This document shows positions 63,834 to 64,000 of a DNA stretch of 64,000 bases, in pieces (positions within the stretch are counted from its first letter, which is position 1; each line of letters starts with the position of its first letter). The stretch comes from an uncultured bacterium (GTDB lineage Bacteria; Verrucomicrobiota; Kiritimatiellia; RFP12; UBA1067), in NCBI GenBank assembly GCA_902770045.1, contig CACXRO010000004.1, positions 7,323 to 71,322 of the forward strand. Direction: 5' to 3'. Made by a program: the position numbers and the translations under genes. Under the pieces are notes generated by a model. It was not told where the DNA came from, did no database searches, and worked only from the letters and a program-made list of their open reading frames with translations.

Positions 63834-64000
63834 ATGACTACCTTTCTTTCCAACCGCGACATCTACACCTCCGTCGTCTGCGGGATTGTGCCGCAGGTGA
63901 GGGAACGACTGTGGATTGCAACCGCTGATATCAAGGACATGTATGTTGATTCAGGTGGGCGGGACATGGTGCCGTTCTTGGAGGTTTTAGACGGAATGGT
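63834..64000 (+). CDS. PLD-like domain protein, N-terminal fragment (runs off the window)
   Basis: The ATG directly follows the previous stop (TAAATG). MTTFLSNRDIYTSVVCGIVPQVRERLWIATADIKDMYVD.. resembles N-termini of phospholipase-D-family nucleases. Confidence 0.35.
   Translation, partial: MTTFLSNRDIYTSVVCGIVPQVRERLWIATADIKDMYVDSGGRDMVPFLEVLDGM

Overview
This is a high-GC (roughly two-thirds G+C by eye) bacterial chromosome segment. Gene content (prepilin-type pseudopilins, many glycoside hydrolases, Sel1 repeats, Hanks kinases) fits a PVC-type organism such as Kiritimatiellota, Verrucomicrobiota or Lentisphaerota, but taxonomy cannot be proven from this window. Core content: two Ser/Thr kinases; an rplY-rpsF-ssb-rpsR-rplI block; tRNA-Tyr; hisS, a type IIA topoisomerase B subunit, folD, miaB, psd and cdd; an ~18 kb glutamine supercluster (carB, pyrG, carA, purF, a disrupted type III glnN, gltD, gltB, guaA); gpsA, an RNase R/II homolog, four GspH/I/J/K-like pseudopilins, proS, and secreted glycan-degrading enzymes (GH78, GH16, an SGNH+GH28-like fusion, alkaline phosphatase). 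Three things stand out. (1) At least six sequence families of short elements are built from three tandem 7-9 nt units, usually arranged as imperfect hairpins. At least 18 copies lie in frame inside carB, pyrG, carA, purF and gltB and are translated into recurring peptides ([45 protein letters not shown]). The same repeat types bracket a GxxExxY (PD-(D/E)XK) gene and bracket a whole island. (2) An ~8 kb AT-richer island (about 23.6-31.8 kb) has no integrase. It starts with a canonical promoter and a ~470 nt structured RNA. It encodes a zinc-ribbon / 3x L7-L12-C-terminal-domain / FGE-domain protein, four small proteins, a protein with ten CxxCxGxG motifs plus a TM helix and coiled coil, a lipoprotein, and a zinc-ribbon-2TM-TerB-like-AAA+ ATPase. 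This is a candidate uncharacterised conflict or stress system. (3) A second accessory block (59.3-64 kb) holds a sigma54-type activator, RhuM-Fic/Doc, GxxExxY, macro, PIN/NYN-like and PLD-like genes. Many long antisense ORFs in the track are GC-driven shadows and were not called.
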